From Octopus bimaculoides (Eukaryota): a stretch of DNA of 64,000 nt. Position 1 is the stretch's first letter. Each line of letters begins with the position of its first letter. Below, in pieces: positions 14,136 through 27,389 of this stretch. The DNA is taken from positions 49,128,510-49,192,509 of the forward strand of contig NC_068998.1 in assembly GCF_001194135.2 (NCBI RefSeq), given 5' to 3'. A program made the position numbers and the translations under genes. The notes beneath the pieces are model-generated. The model had not been told where the DNA came from and searched no databases. It saw only the letters and a program-made list of their open reading frames with translations.

Positions 14136-15369
14136 CCTACTGAAAGAGAAACAGAAAAAAAACATTGTAAGTTGTTTTATCATTTTGAATATAATGAATC
14201 TGACATTGTAAATTATCGCAGTTCTTGTGGATGGTCTCTCATGATAAATTAAGTAATTATCATAAGAAGAACAATTTTTTTATCTTGTCAACAAAGCTAG
14301 ACGTTAATTTGTACCTTTTGTTGATATTAGTGTTACATTACAAAAACAAAACAAAAAAAAAGCATAAAAAAGCAAACCAAATAACCGAAAATTGACAAAA
14401 AAAGTATTTTAGTTGTTTTTTTTTTTATATAGGATTGATTGTTTTGAATTTTTCAATGGTAAATTTATCGATATAATTAATTAATTATTTTTTTGCGTAG
14501 ACTATTTTCAGTATTATCCGATACGATGGAAAATATGACAATAAAGGTAGGTTATCTCTGTTGTAGACACCAACACTGCCATTTATTGATTCTTATACTA
14601 AACAAGCTTTGGATATTATAAATGTGTTTGTGTGTGTGATTGTGTGCGCTATATACTCATTTTAAATATCATACCATCATGACATTTAAAAATCTTATGA
14701 ATATCATCGGAAACGTTTAATAATATATGGCAGTAAATGACATTTATATTTAGCTGACGAATTCATTTAAGAGACTAGATATTAAAACGCTTTTCAGCAT
14801 GCATGTTATCTGAGATAACACACATCTCAATATCAGTTTAATATAATGACCAACGTCCCAGTAGTTCATGTGATGCACTGCAACAGTCTTTCATGTTGTA
14901 GTAGCGTTGGATCACTTTGAGCCCGCCAGTTAGTTTAACATTATGAAGTAACCCCATCCGAAAGAAATATCGCTGGTGACTGAGACCATTCTTCTTAATG
15001 TGCACATGAAATGGTGATCATTACACGTACTGATCCCGAAGTTTTTGACTGTCTCTGGAATACAGTGCCTTCGGTTCCTATATATGCAGGCTGTAGAGCG
15101 TTTGACATTGAAACCTCCAAGGATTGAACTACATGTTGCTTTGTCTCGTCGCGCTTGCATAGTGCATGTATATCCCGCTGTTAGCTTGCAACATCGTCAG
15201 GGCTCTTTATTTCCTATTAATCTTTTGTATTATAGTTGTAACTCTTCACATAGCTGTCTGTGTGTTCCTGGTCGAGTTTAAGAGAGCTACTTTAAGCAGT
15301 AATGTCTGGATGACATTTCCGACGTGGACACTAAGCCTAGGACACATTAACCTCGTAGGACACCGCGCA

Positions 15370-15580
15370 TCTTGGATACCATGCCTGTGGGATAGCACGC
15401 ATGGGGAACACCACTTAAAATCTGTGATTTCCCAAGAGTAGTCGCCATTGGTAGCAATTGCCTGGCTTCTATATTTTAAGAAGCCGTGTAGCAAATCTCC
15501 TTGTTTAACACCATTCTTAAAGGGCTTTGGAAAGACAAGATATACCACATCAGTATTTGAATAGTGAAGCAGCTGCATAC
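15370..15580 (-). mobile_element. CR1/L2-like RT fragment
   Basis: TDVVYLVFPKPF...FLKYRSQAIATNGDYSWE matches D.IYLDF.KAFD...FL..R.Q.V..NG..S.W. Confidence 0.65.
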
Positions 15581-16384
15581 GTGTATATGTTGTATATGAA
15601 TATTATACACGCACACACACACACACACATACAAACACACACACATATGTGTGTGTGTGCATGTAGGTGTGTATCTATTTATATGTATATGTGTGAAAGT
15701 ACATATATTTGTATATGTATATGTTTGTATAAGTATATATATATATACATATATACCTGTATTTTTCTATATGTAATGAATTTATGTATGTGTAAGTGCA
15801 TATACATATGCGTATACGCAGAATTCATGTTTCTCTTTGTCACAATTTTCTTGCATTGGAAGACATACTTTTATGATGTCGATACTAAAATATTTTCCCC
15901 GAGCTTTCATTATTATCACTTGCTCGGACAATGTCCAGTATCCAGTTAATGACATTTCCATGACTTTCCCCATTACAATTCGTAATCCATTTCTAAGCTC
16001 GTTCCGACCAGAGTACACCACTTTTTGATGTCTCTTACAAATTCACCATCACTCGTCTATTTTGAGTTTGATATTCCCACAATAACAATATTCAGTTTTC
16101 TGCTTTCTATGAAAAATTGTAATATCATTCTCTTTCATATATTGTTCTTAACTAAACTATTGCATCAAAATCATTGAATCCCGTTAGGAATAAAAGAAAG
16201 TAACACGTCAACTTGATTTTATGCTATTAATAAGGACATCTGAAGGAATAGTCTACCTAAGTACCAAACGTGAATGACCGCTAGACATAAACGAAAACAT
16301 TTACAAATGCTTTAAAGAACATAGCATCGCATTTGATAAGTAAAACACACAAAGGATCCGGCTATCGGCTGAGTCCATAGTGAA

Positions 16385-16736
16385 AATTAAAATATACGAA
16401 GCCCATTATAGCCATCCCGCTCAAAACGTCCCTGAATAAGGTTTGTTTAAGGATGCTGAGCAAAATACCCATGTTTCCAAAGGTGAATTCTTAAAACCCC
16501 AAAGAATTCCTGGCTATGATGCTCCCCCACTACTTCTGCTCGTAATCAAGTGATGCACATATCGTCAGCCACCAAGGGACATGCTCAACTAGTTAAGCTC
16601 AAACAACTGACAAGCAAATCTGTGGTATTGAGTAGAATATTTGCTGTAGCCCATCTTGTTATACCAAGACAAAACAATGTACATGATAACACTACCAGTC
16701 AAATAAGACCAGAAGCCATGAGAGCCACTGCCTGTC

Positions 16737-16737
<1 letters not shown>
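16385..16737. mobile_element. Interspersed repeat abutting (ATT)n
   Basis: aaatctgtggtatt...aatatttgctgtagc...aagccatgagagccactg recurs at 27128-27243; ccatcccgctcaaaacgtccctgaataa recurs at about 27833-27860. Confidence 0.7.
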
Positions 16738-16812
<75 letters not shown>

Positions 16813-16822
16813 TATTATTATT
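16738..16822. repeat. (ATT)n microsatellite
   Basis: Direct inspection. Confidence 0.95.
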
Positions 16823-17569
16823 TCATCGTTTTGTTGTTGGTGGTGATTGTATTGAATGTTATTTAAAATTGCCCTTTTTCAAATATATTTACAATATCTT
16901 TGTAATTATTGAGTCTCGTTTTAACAAATATGCTACTGGTGTAAATACTTCAAGTGTTGCAATTAAACGCTAAACTAAGGATTTACGACAAGTCTGTATC
17001 CGAGTCAAAACATGCCGAGTACAAAATAATAGCCATCAGTAGTCTAACTATTGTGAACTTCATTATGAACATCTTCAAGTGACACACAACTTCTTATTCA
17101 ATTACAAACTACAAAATAATATTTACTAATGGCATCAAAATCGTTATTCATATTTACATTTCTAACATAATGGTGACTGTAGTAAACAATATTTATTGGA
17201 ACAAGATCTGTAAGGAGAATGCAGATATGATCTTTCAAACTTTTAGGCTGATGGAAATTGGAAATTCGATTATTTATTGTTTGGCGGCATTATACATCAT
17301 TAAGAAAGATCATAAGATAAAAGTTATATAAGTTTAATGTAGAATAACATTTTTGGTCTTCTACACAGCAATAATTTTCGAAAGAATAAAAGTACGACAC
17401 ACCATGAACGCATGAATTTAATAAACAAAGCACACACATGCCCACGGGCGCATACACGCAAGTGTAGAATGTGGCAGACAAAATCTGGCGTAGATGATGG
17501 AGTCTATGTTGTTTTCAGTACACGCACAAACACACACACACAAACATACACACACAAACACACACACAC

Positions 17570-17631
<62 letters not shown>

Positions 17632-17633
17632 AC

Positions 17634-19520
17634 CAGGGATGTCCAACCGTTTTACTTAGTGGGCCAAATTATAAGTTTATGTTTATTCACAGGCACACGA
17701 ATGTACTTAGATATAAACTTTTAAAATATTCAAAATAAAGTGAATATATTTTTTTCATAACAAATAGAAATACAAAATAATGTGCTATTGACGGTAAAAA
17801 TCACACTTAGGCAAAATATCATCAACGTGATTTTTGGCATTACTTTCCTTTTATCATATTCTCAATATTTGCTTTTATAGTAGAATTCTTTACTCTCTGC
17901 TTATTTCTTTCAGCAATTTTCCTGTTTTTTTTATACATGAAAGAATTGTTCTCAGCAGTATGTATTACTCCACAAGCACAAGAGTTTTCTAGCTAGATTG
18001 GCAATTTTATCTAATTCATTGAAAGAATGAAATTTCTTGTAAAAGTCAAGAAAGGCATGTTGTCTATGACAAGTTTTCAAAGATTCTCTACTTGAAAGTT
18101 CAATGAGTTCTTGCAGGTATTTGGCTGGTGCTCCACATAAATAAATGGAAATGGATCACTCAACAATTTTAGTTCCGTTTCTATTTTTCTGAAGTCTGAA
18201 AATCTGGTTGTAAAATCTAACAATGCTTCACAGAATTTAACGTATTTTTCAAAGTTCACAGGAAATTCTTCTAGGTTTTTAGATAAATTCTGAAAACGTA
18301 CAATTTCTCCACTCTTCAATTGCATTATGTTTCAATTTCTTAGTAAAACTTGTTATTCGCTCAAACATTGAACAACATAACTGGTCTTTTCCGTATAAAT
18401 GCAAATTAAGTTCAGTTAATATTTCAGAGATATCTACTAAGAAAGACAGATCATTCAGCCATTCTTCTTTTGCTCAAAAATCTACATTTTGCTTTTTCTT
18501 TTGCATGAACTGTTTTATTTCAGGCAACAATAATTGAAATCTATTCAAAGTTGCTGTTTGACTGAACCATCTGACATTTGAATAATAAATAACGTTTTCA
18601 ACGCACTGACAACGTCTACCAAGTATGCTCTGAATGTACGATGGTTCAAGCCCCGAGATCTGATAAAATTAACAACATTCACAATATCTGACATCAACTC
18701 TTTCATATCTAATGTTTGCGTACATAATTACTGTTAATGAATCAAGCAATGATAGCAAAGTATATCATGGTCAACCATTTCTTTGAATAAAGTAATAAAC
18801 CCATTATTTTTAACCGTTAATGCGGGAGCACCATCAATTGTAATCGAACTAATTTTATTTCTTTCAACATTGAACTGTTCTAATGATAAATCAACATGCT
18901 CAATTATGTCCCTGCTAGTTGCTGTACACTTCATATGACACACGTTCAACATTTCTTCAGTGATATTAAAATTGACATCAATTCCTCTAATGAACATAAC
19001 CAATTGTGCAGTGTCACTTTGTTCAGTACTTTCATCCAATACTAAACTGTAATGAACACATTTCGATAACTATGTCTACAATGTATCCACAATACTGACA
19101 ACTAAGTCATCAATTCTTCTATGAGTTGTCTGATGCAACAGACTTGTTTCATTGAATAAGTTCACCTTCTCTGGACAATATTCATTAAAAGCAATTACAA
19201 TACATTCTTTTATTAATCTGCCATCTATCATTGGCTAACTTTTCTGAACCAATTTTTCAGCTTTTAAAGACCTAACTTTTATACATGTACTGGTTTTCCC
19301 AACATGATTTTTGAAATTCTTTTGTTGCGAACTAAGCTTCTTCAATTCATGTATTTTCCTTCTTTTTCCGTTTAATTCATTATATTGTAACTCATGTTTG
19401 GCAGCATAGTGACGCTTAATATTACATTCCTTGCACACAGCAATGTTATCATTACCTACGAGGCAGAGAATATTATTGCACGTTTCAATTACGAAATTGT
19501 GTATAGAAATAAAGAATACA
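17634..19520 (-). mobile_element. Degraded hAT DNA transposon (SPIN/Charlie/GTF2IRD2-like transposase fossil)
   Basis: Minus-strand fragments ...AVCKECNIKRHYAAKHE, DESTEQSDTAQLVMFIRG, ITIDGAPA, YHCLIH, LLSDPF match the hAT transposase motifs DESTD, TDGAP and HCxxH, with several stops and frameshifts. TIR-like CAGGGATGTCCAACC at 17634; the partner TIR was not found. Confidence 0.88.
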
Positions 19521-20641
19521 AAAACAAAATGAGGTATCTAATCATTTTGTCTTAACAATACTTTCTGCTGAACCATGGCTCATGTATCCACGCTAATAAC
19601 ACAGTCAAGCACTATAATGCCGTTAGTGTATGGAATAACACAAGTTGTTATGGATACGTTGGGCAAAGTCAGGTCAGCATGAATATATTATATTTACCAC
19701 AGAAATTATTAACAATAATAATATCTTTATGAATATTCAATCCTTATTGAATATTTTTCATTCAGGTAGTTCTGCTTTTGGCGCAAAATAAATCAGAATG
19801 CTGCCAGAGTTTCAGCGTGACGTGTTTTGAATGCTTAGTATATATATATATTTATATATATATATATATATAAAACGAAGAGAAGTAATAAGTATAATCA
19901 TCTCTTTATTTGCGCAATATTAGTGAACATCCACAATTCACAACAATTTTATTTGTTGTTTCCTTAATAGATTGGGATTCGCGAGAAATCTATTTCTAAT
20001 AGGAAACAAAATTGCACTTTCAGAATATAACACAGTCGATGTTAAAAGGTTAAAAGCACAATCATTATTTTACAATATCATCTTTCATGAACGGTCGTAT
20101 GTAATTATCATCTAAAATTAGAGTTTCGATGAAAGTCAAAATTGCGTCATTTTCAGAACTTTTTCATTACTCTCTTCATTCCAGCAATTTATTTTACTTC
20201 AAATGCTTCTGATGTAATGCGTATTAAATCCGTCATTTCTTATCGTTAAACGTAACCTAACACATGCTTGTATTTCCACGTATCTTCTTTTCTCTTATTA
20301 TTAAAACAGAATATTCTGTTACCGAATAAGTTACGCTTATGTATTCGTATCATGCTTGAATTTCCTGTGAAATTGCAGAAGTTAGTTTTATGGATAGTGC
20401 CTTCGTAGGATTCTTTGCCCTATGCTGTGAAGTGTGAGACATGTCTATGCATATCTACATTTGAATAATTGCATAATATATAAAACCATCAATACATTTT
20501 ATGTTTTAAATATAAATTGAATTACGAATATATAAATTTTAATCCTCTTTATAACACTCAGGTGAAATCATTAATTCTTACAGTAAAAAAATACTAAGCT
20601 GCCTCATCCTAGTTAATCCTTAAATTTTCAAAGCATTGATA

Positions 20642-21040
20642 TTGGTTTCAAATTTTTGGCACGAGGGTTAGCACTTTCCGTGGAGGTTGGGGAAGTCGAT
20701 TACATTGAACCCAAGGCTCAACTGGTAATTAATTTATCAACCTTGAAACGATTAAATGCAAATTCGATCTCATCAGAATTCCAAAGCATTAAATTTAAAG
20801 GAAATAAACAATATATATTTATTTAAAGTCCACAAGGGGCTAAATATAGAAGGGATAAACAAGGACAGACAAAGGGATTAAGTCGATTACATGGACCCCA
20901 GTGCGTAACTGGTACTTATTTAATCGACCCCGAAAAGATGAACGGTAAAGTCGACCTCGGCGGAATTTGAACTCAGAATGTAGAGACAGTCGAAATAACG
21001 CTAAGTATTTCGCACGGCGTACTAACGTTTCTGCCAGATC
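20642..21040 (-). mobile_element. Two adjacent copies of the same tRNA-derived SINE (about 20642-20790 and 20812-21040)
   Basis: The second copy reads on the minus strand ctggcagaaacgttagtacgccg...ctgagttcaaattccgccgaggtcgac (B-box-like gagttcaaattcc); about 200 bp upstream of gene A. Confidence 0.75.
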
Positions 21041-21166
21041 TTTTGTAAATAAAAATATATATGTATATATTCATGTAATAAATTGTTCATTGTGGTAAAT
21101 TATAAAAATGTCATTTTTATTACTTCTCATCATAAATATGTCAAATTTTATCACAATACCAATCCA

Positions 21167-21207
21167 TATAAATTAGGTTACATTACATGAAACAACCTAC
21201 GTCAGTT
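21167..21207 (+). promoter_or_regulatory. Candidate TATA box and initiator of gene A
   Basis: TATAAA at 21167-21172 and TCAGTT at 21202-21207 upstream of the ATG at 21252. Short motifs in AT-rich DNA, so weak alone. Confidence 0.35.
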
Positions 21208-21251
21208 GCGCATAGCCTCGAAAGAAAATGTGCTTAAGAGTGATATCCACG

Positions 21252-21288
21252 ATGAAAGGTCATATATGTGTTTTTCTTCTCATTTTTG
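21252..21288 (+). CDS. Gene A exon 1 (signal peptide)
   Basis: ATG...MKGHICVFLLIF+G|gtaaat, phase 1; same 37-nt size as gene D exon 1. Confidence 0.8.
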
Positions 21289-21408
21289 GTAAATTAATTT
21301 TATTTTAAATATTCTTAACTTTTATTGAAATCCATAGAATGTCACATTCTGTCTTCGATCGATCGATCGATCGATCCATCCATCCATCCGTCCATCCGTC
21401 CGCCTGAC

Positions 21409-21463
<55 letters not shown>

Positions 21464-21506
21464 ATGTATGTATGTATGTATGTATGTATGTATGTATGTA
21501 TGTATG

Positions 21507-21557
<51 letters not shown>

Positions 21558-23303
21558 GTACGTATTTACCTATCAAACGATCGATCGATCTATCTCAGTT
21601 TAGAGAAATAGCTACCTAGCTTTCTGTTTACCTACAAACACATATACGCTCACAGGCACACACCCACTCACATACATACATGCTTGTGAGCCTATATATA
21701 TCTACACATACATATATTCCCAGAACGCGATCTGTTTTCAAGTTTTAATCCACCCGTATGTAATTTTTATCAATGTCACCGTAGTCTAGATGTTTATCTA
21801 TATGAATATATAAATTTATTTAGCAGCATATATACATTTGCATATATTTCTAATCCGACTATCCATGATGAAAGGTTATATATGTATATCACAATATTTT
21901 CCTCATGATACTATTTACCGTGTGTGAAGCAATGATATTTTTGTTTCATTTATATAATTGTACGTTTAGAATCTCAAGTACTAACTATAATAATTACATA
22001 CGCATTCGCTCTCAGTCAAACATGTATGACGAAATAATAACTATATTTACAGAATCATGCTAAATATACACAAGTTCACCTTACTTGGTTAGACCCCAGT
22101 GCTCTTAGAATACAAGTGTAATATCGAGTCGAGAAACTGATTCGTGTTGGTTTTCCTAACAAAAATCATTGTTATTTGATTGTTTCCTCTCGTCTGTATG
22201 AATTCGTATGGAAACTACGTCATGTACGATATTAGCATAATGAGACAAAAATAGAAAAGGACAGTGGAACTGACAAACATAAATTCTCGCATGACAAGAC
22301 GGAGTCACTTCTTTAGAGGCGTTATCGTTAAATAGGCACAGTGTAGCGCCATACTGGAATCAGTGGAACATGAAACAGCTGCTACGAATGCATTATTTTG
22401 ACACCATGGAAGACATTATGCGAATGATAAGGAATGAAGGATACTGAAACACTTTCTCTTAGTACATATGCTATCCATCAGTAACACCAATCAATCCTCA
22501 AACCGCATTTATGTCTGCCAACAGCAGTAATCAAAGAAATATTTGTTTTACATTTCGTAGAAATATCGACAAGTATCATACGTTTATGCTGATAAAAGTA
22601 GGTCTGAAACAGTTTTCGTTTCAAACCTATTAAGCAATTTTTCTTCACAAACAGAATAGTCAGCAAAAAGCAAAACCGTCCCATAACTATACTGCTAGCA
22701 ATATTGCGAAATCTCTCAAACCTAAGTTTAACGAAAATGTGCCACACCAATCCAGTATCAAATTATATATAAATTTACATTGTTGGACGTTGGTTTCTTT
22801 TCTTCTTCGAAATAAAATCACCAATTGTTCTTTCAAATATGTTTTAAAAATTATAATTTATATTTCTTACTTTCTGTCTGTTGTTTTATCAATATTTAGG
22901 TATTGCAGAGGCCCAGAATTGTGATGAAATGCAAAGCAAACACTGTCCAATGGCCAAGCTAAATTTTACTAAAATCATGGATGGAAAAACATTCTGCAGG
23001 TAAAACTGCTTCTAATCATTTTATTAACATTACCTTCATATATACACACATAAGTGAGTATGTTCCTGTATGCGTGTGCGTGCACGCTTGTATGCGTGCT
23101 TATGCATTATACACACACATATAGAAAGAAATAGATACGACGAGCTTCGTTCAGTTATTGCTATTCCCCCGACCAAATCCAAATGAGAAACCTTTCGGCA
23201 GCCAATTGCAGAAATACATGCCGGAAGTGAGACTGTACACAAAATCATATGGTTGTGATTCAAACTGCTTACCACATACATTGTTAGCTTCCTCACATTC
23301 CCC

Positions 23304-23348
<45 letters not shown>

Positions 23349-26300
23349 NNNNNNNNNNNNNNNNNNNNNNNNNNNNNNNNNNNNNNNNNNNNNNNNNNNN
23401 NNNNNNNNNNNNNNNNNNNNNNNNNNNNNNNNNNNNNNNNNNNNNNNNNNNNNNNNNNNNNNNNNNNNNNNNNNNNNNNNNNNNNNNNNNNNNNNNNNNN
23501 NNNNNNNNNNNNNNNNNNNNNNNNNNNNNNNNNNNNNNNNNNNNNNNNNNNNNNNNNNNNNNNNNNNNNNNNNNNNNNNNNNNNNNNNNNNNNNNNNNNN
23601 NNNNNNNNNNNNNNNNNNNNNNNNNNNNNNNNNNNNNNNNNNNNNNNNNNNNNNNNNNNNNNNNNNNNNNNNNNNNNNNNNNNNNNNNNNNNNNNNNNNN
23701 NNNNNNNNNNNNNNNNNNNNNNNNNNNNNNNNNNNNNNNNNNNNNNNNNNNNNNNNNNNNNNNNNNNNNNNNNNNNNNNNNNNNNNNNNNTATATATATA
23801 TACATATATATGTATATATATATATATATATGTATGTATTTATGGGCGCATTGACGCATCCGTGTGAGCGTCGAACCGAATTCTTCGCAGTATTCGTATT
23901 CCAAATCATACCAGGACATTATTTTATGACTGATTTTACCAACCACTCTGTTTAAGACCACTGCTTGCTACACTCGGTTATTTTAGCGGCGTTTACTCTG
24001 TTGGAACAACTCGGGGCATATTTCCGTTTTAAAGACATCTATGATTCAGTAGAATATATATTTCGCTGAGGAAGATGGACGGTCGTTCACTTAGGTTTAC
24101 GCAACAATCACTTAAATATGCTTGTCTTGCTTACTACTTTTAGTTTTCATACGACAGGAATATAAGATGTAAATTTCACTTTGAATTGCTTACATTTCAG
24201 AACGAAATACGTTTATAAACATCAGGGTAATTGAAAATTTTCATTTTCTCCAATAATTTCTGATTTGTTTCTCAGGCGCTACAAACAGTTTCATCGTTGT
24301 CTTCATCATATAGACTACTGTTATAGATACTATGATTTCGCCTATGCCGAAACCTGTAAGGTAAGATATCCTTATTATTCTGGGCTCAGTTGTTACTACT
24401 ATTGTTTAGTGAATATCCTTGTTAACTGCACCAGTGTTAGTAGTAACAATATATGCTACAAAATTTTGTTACATATCACGTGGAAATTTTCTCAAGTTTT
24501 ATTGTGATTAAATAACCTAACTCATGGTGAATATTTGCGAAAAAAAAAAGCGTCAGTTTGAAAATAAAATGAATAATTATCTCCATAGTTTAGCTTCATA
24601 GAAAAGACAGCAGAACAAAAATTAACTTGTGCGGCATATTAAGTCTGCATTCATCGTGCTGTCGTACAGGATTTAGAAATTTGCCCGAATTAATTAGTCA
24701 TACATTCAATAAGCTAAGTACAAAATTTCTCATACTGACATGTACTAATAAATATTAAGGGAAGCCGTAAAGCCGCTGATTATGTGAGACTCACACACAC
24801 ACATGCTCTCTTTTGTCCGCGAGTATTTCTTTATGTTCATACCTTCCAGCAGTAACAGATAGATTTAAATTTTGCCCGTCACGTCGACTCCTTATGTCTT
24901 TGTCACTCATAGTAAATGTTGTGTTTAGAGAAAATATATTCCTTGATGCGTGTGTATGTGTGCGTGTGTGTTGTTTTCCTTTGTTTGGGTAACAATTTCG
25001 TATTTGAGATGCTTCTCTAGTTTTAGATTGCATTATATACGGCAACGTGCTAAGAGGTGATTGGTGTAGCTCTAGAGTGTTTTATATATGACTGCATATC
25101 TAGAGTTCATTTTTCCTTTTAGTGGTTTATATTTTGTTGTTCTGGCGTATTTTGTAAATATCTCAATATTCAGAGTTGATTGTTTTATGTAGTACAAAGA
25201 ATATGATCCTTAAAACTGTTCTATAAACAATGTGTGCCAGTGGCATGCTCAGTTGATCATTCATGCTTATTATAGCTCTTTCGGTTTCGAGCTGTTTCCT
25301 GGTTATGGCCCCTGTATAACTTGTAATGATAATATGTTTTTGTGTAGTCTTCGTACATAGATCTGATTGCTGCAGGGTTGTTGATGGACAGATAGGATAG
25401 CTCTATTTGCATTGCATGTATGGTATACCCAATGTGTCTATATCATCTGCATGAGATATGCCTAAATTCGTGGGTATTAGCGTTAGTTTTATGTTCTTTT
25501 AAGTTTCATTTAAAAAAAACTGGTGAATTTGTTAAGTAATACATATCTATTGATATAGACCCAGATATCAGCTCATATCGAATACTAGAAGAGGTTCCTA
25601 GGATGCTGAAGTCTCAGCACGATGTAGGTCTGTGTTACATCCGGATGATTATACATCATCTGATCATCACATTTTAACTTTAGAAATATTATGATATCAT
25701 CCAGGTTCGAAATTCGGAAGGACGACTGTGTTGATAGGAATCGATGTAAATATTGGGGAATGCAAACAACATTCGAATTATGTGTATCTTAGGTTATTGC
25801 TTTGTTTACACATGCTTTTCAGGCAGCTTCATGACATTTGCCACATTGAGAAAGTTCAGCTCATGTTCAGGCCTGAAATATCGCTTCTTATGACCGGATA
25901 AATATTCCGTTTATAGGGTATTGCTTCTAAAATATGCGGCTGAGATTTAAGACTAGTCAAAAGGTAGTTTTGATATTCCTTTAGTTGACATATCAGCCTC
26001 AGATAATACGGACAATACGTTCTAAATGACCTCTCCCCAATGTCATATCATGAGATAATGACATGAGGCCCTATATAATGTGGGAGTCCATGAAATGAAG
26101 TGCACAAATTATTACTGGACAAAGAAGTTCGAAGATACTATACGCGAAAGAAACAAAGCTGCGTCCTGCTTTACTGTGAACTTACCTTTTTGTCATCTCT
26201 GACCAAACATAGTGTATTACTGGTATTTACTCATCCGATCTGCATATGATGCAACACAAGTTCATCTAATAATATATCTAGCATGTGAATATTGAAGAAG

Positions 26301-26858
26301 AGATAATGAATATATAATTTGCCCTGAATGTTCAATTTCACAATATAACATCTCTTTCTTACAGTCCAATTCATTTCCGAGCGACACCAGCAGGCCTGAG
26401 GTACGTAACATACTTGTAACACGGCAGCATTAACGAAATATTGATATTTATATTACCGCTGTAATAAGAGTTTATTACACCTTCTTCACGCCAATATGAA
26501 TATTACTGTAATAATCAAACAATGTAATTTTGATATAACGGAGATATACTGGAAAGGCCGGTAAAATGCCGTTTCAGTAAGACTACAGTAATAGGGAAAG
26601 GACTGATAATAACACTAAAGACAGCTCGCAACAATAAAAGCGCGATATCGTTGTGGTAGTTCAATGTAAACGTAGTGATTTTATTAAAGGGAGATTGTAC
26701 TTGCATTACTAGTCAAGATATCTACACATTAATATATGTTTTGCAGGGATTACGAAGATACTAATTCTTTGCTAAGTTACACGGACATAACATATTGCAT
26801 GCCTTTCAAGTTTGCCAAATTTGGACATACGACAGTTTAACATAATAGCATCGATATA

Positions 26859-26908
<50 letters not shown>

Positions 26909-27261
26909 CATATGCTTTGTCTTTTTCCTGAATGCATATGAAATACCGAGCAAAAGTCTTCGGCCACTTTTGACTATTGCAAATTTCTACTAAGTGCCAA
27001 CTTATAGGTGGATGTTTCCAAACGTGAATTGTTCAAATCGCAAAGAATTCCTCTCAAAACATGGCTATGATTCTCCCCAAATACTCCTGCTTGTGATCAG
27101 AGGTGCACATCAAGAGACCTGATAACCAAATCTGTGGTATTAAGCAGAATATTTGCTGTAGCTCATTTTTTATGCGAAGACAAAACGATGTCCATGATAA
27201 TATTTCCAACAATTTAAGATCAAAAGCCATGAGAGCCACTGTCTGGTACTGCCTCAGCGTC

Positions 27262-27296
<35 letters not shown>

Positions 27297-27338
27297 CATC
27301 ATCATCAGTATTATCATTGTTATCATTATTGCTGTTGC

Positions 27339-27389
<51 letters not shown>

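Noticed and set aside
16600-16737. Minus-strand similarity to an R4-type protein end (ATANILL)
   Set aside because: Too short. The segment is better explained as a non-coding interspersed repeat also present at 27.1 kb.
23151-23961. ORFs of 222-265 aa spanning X runs
   Set aside because: Artefacts of N gaps. The same applies at 37018-37505, 38726-39584, 48313-48879 and 59131-59655.
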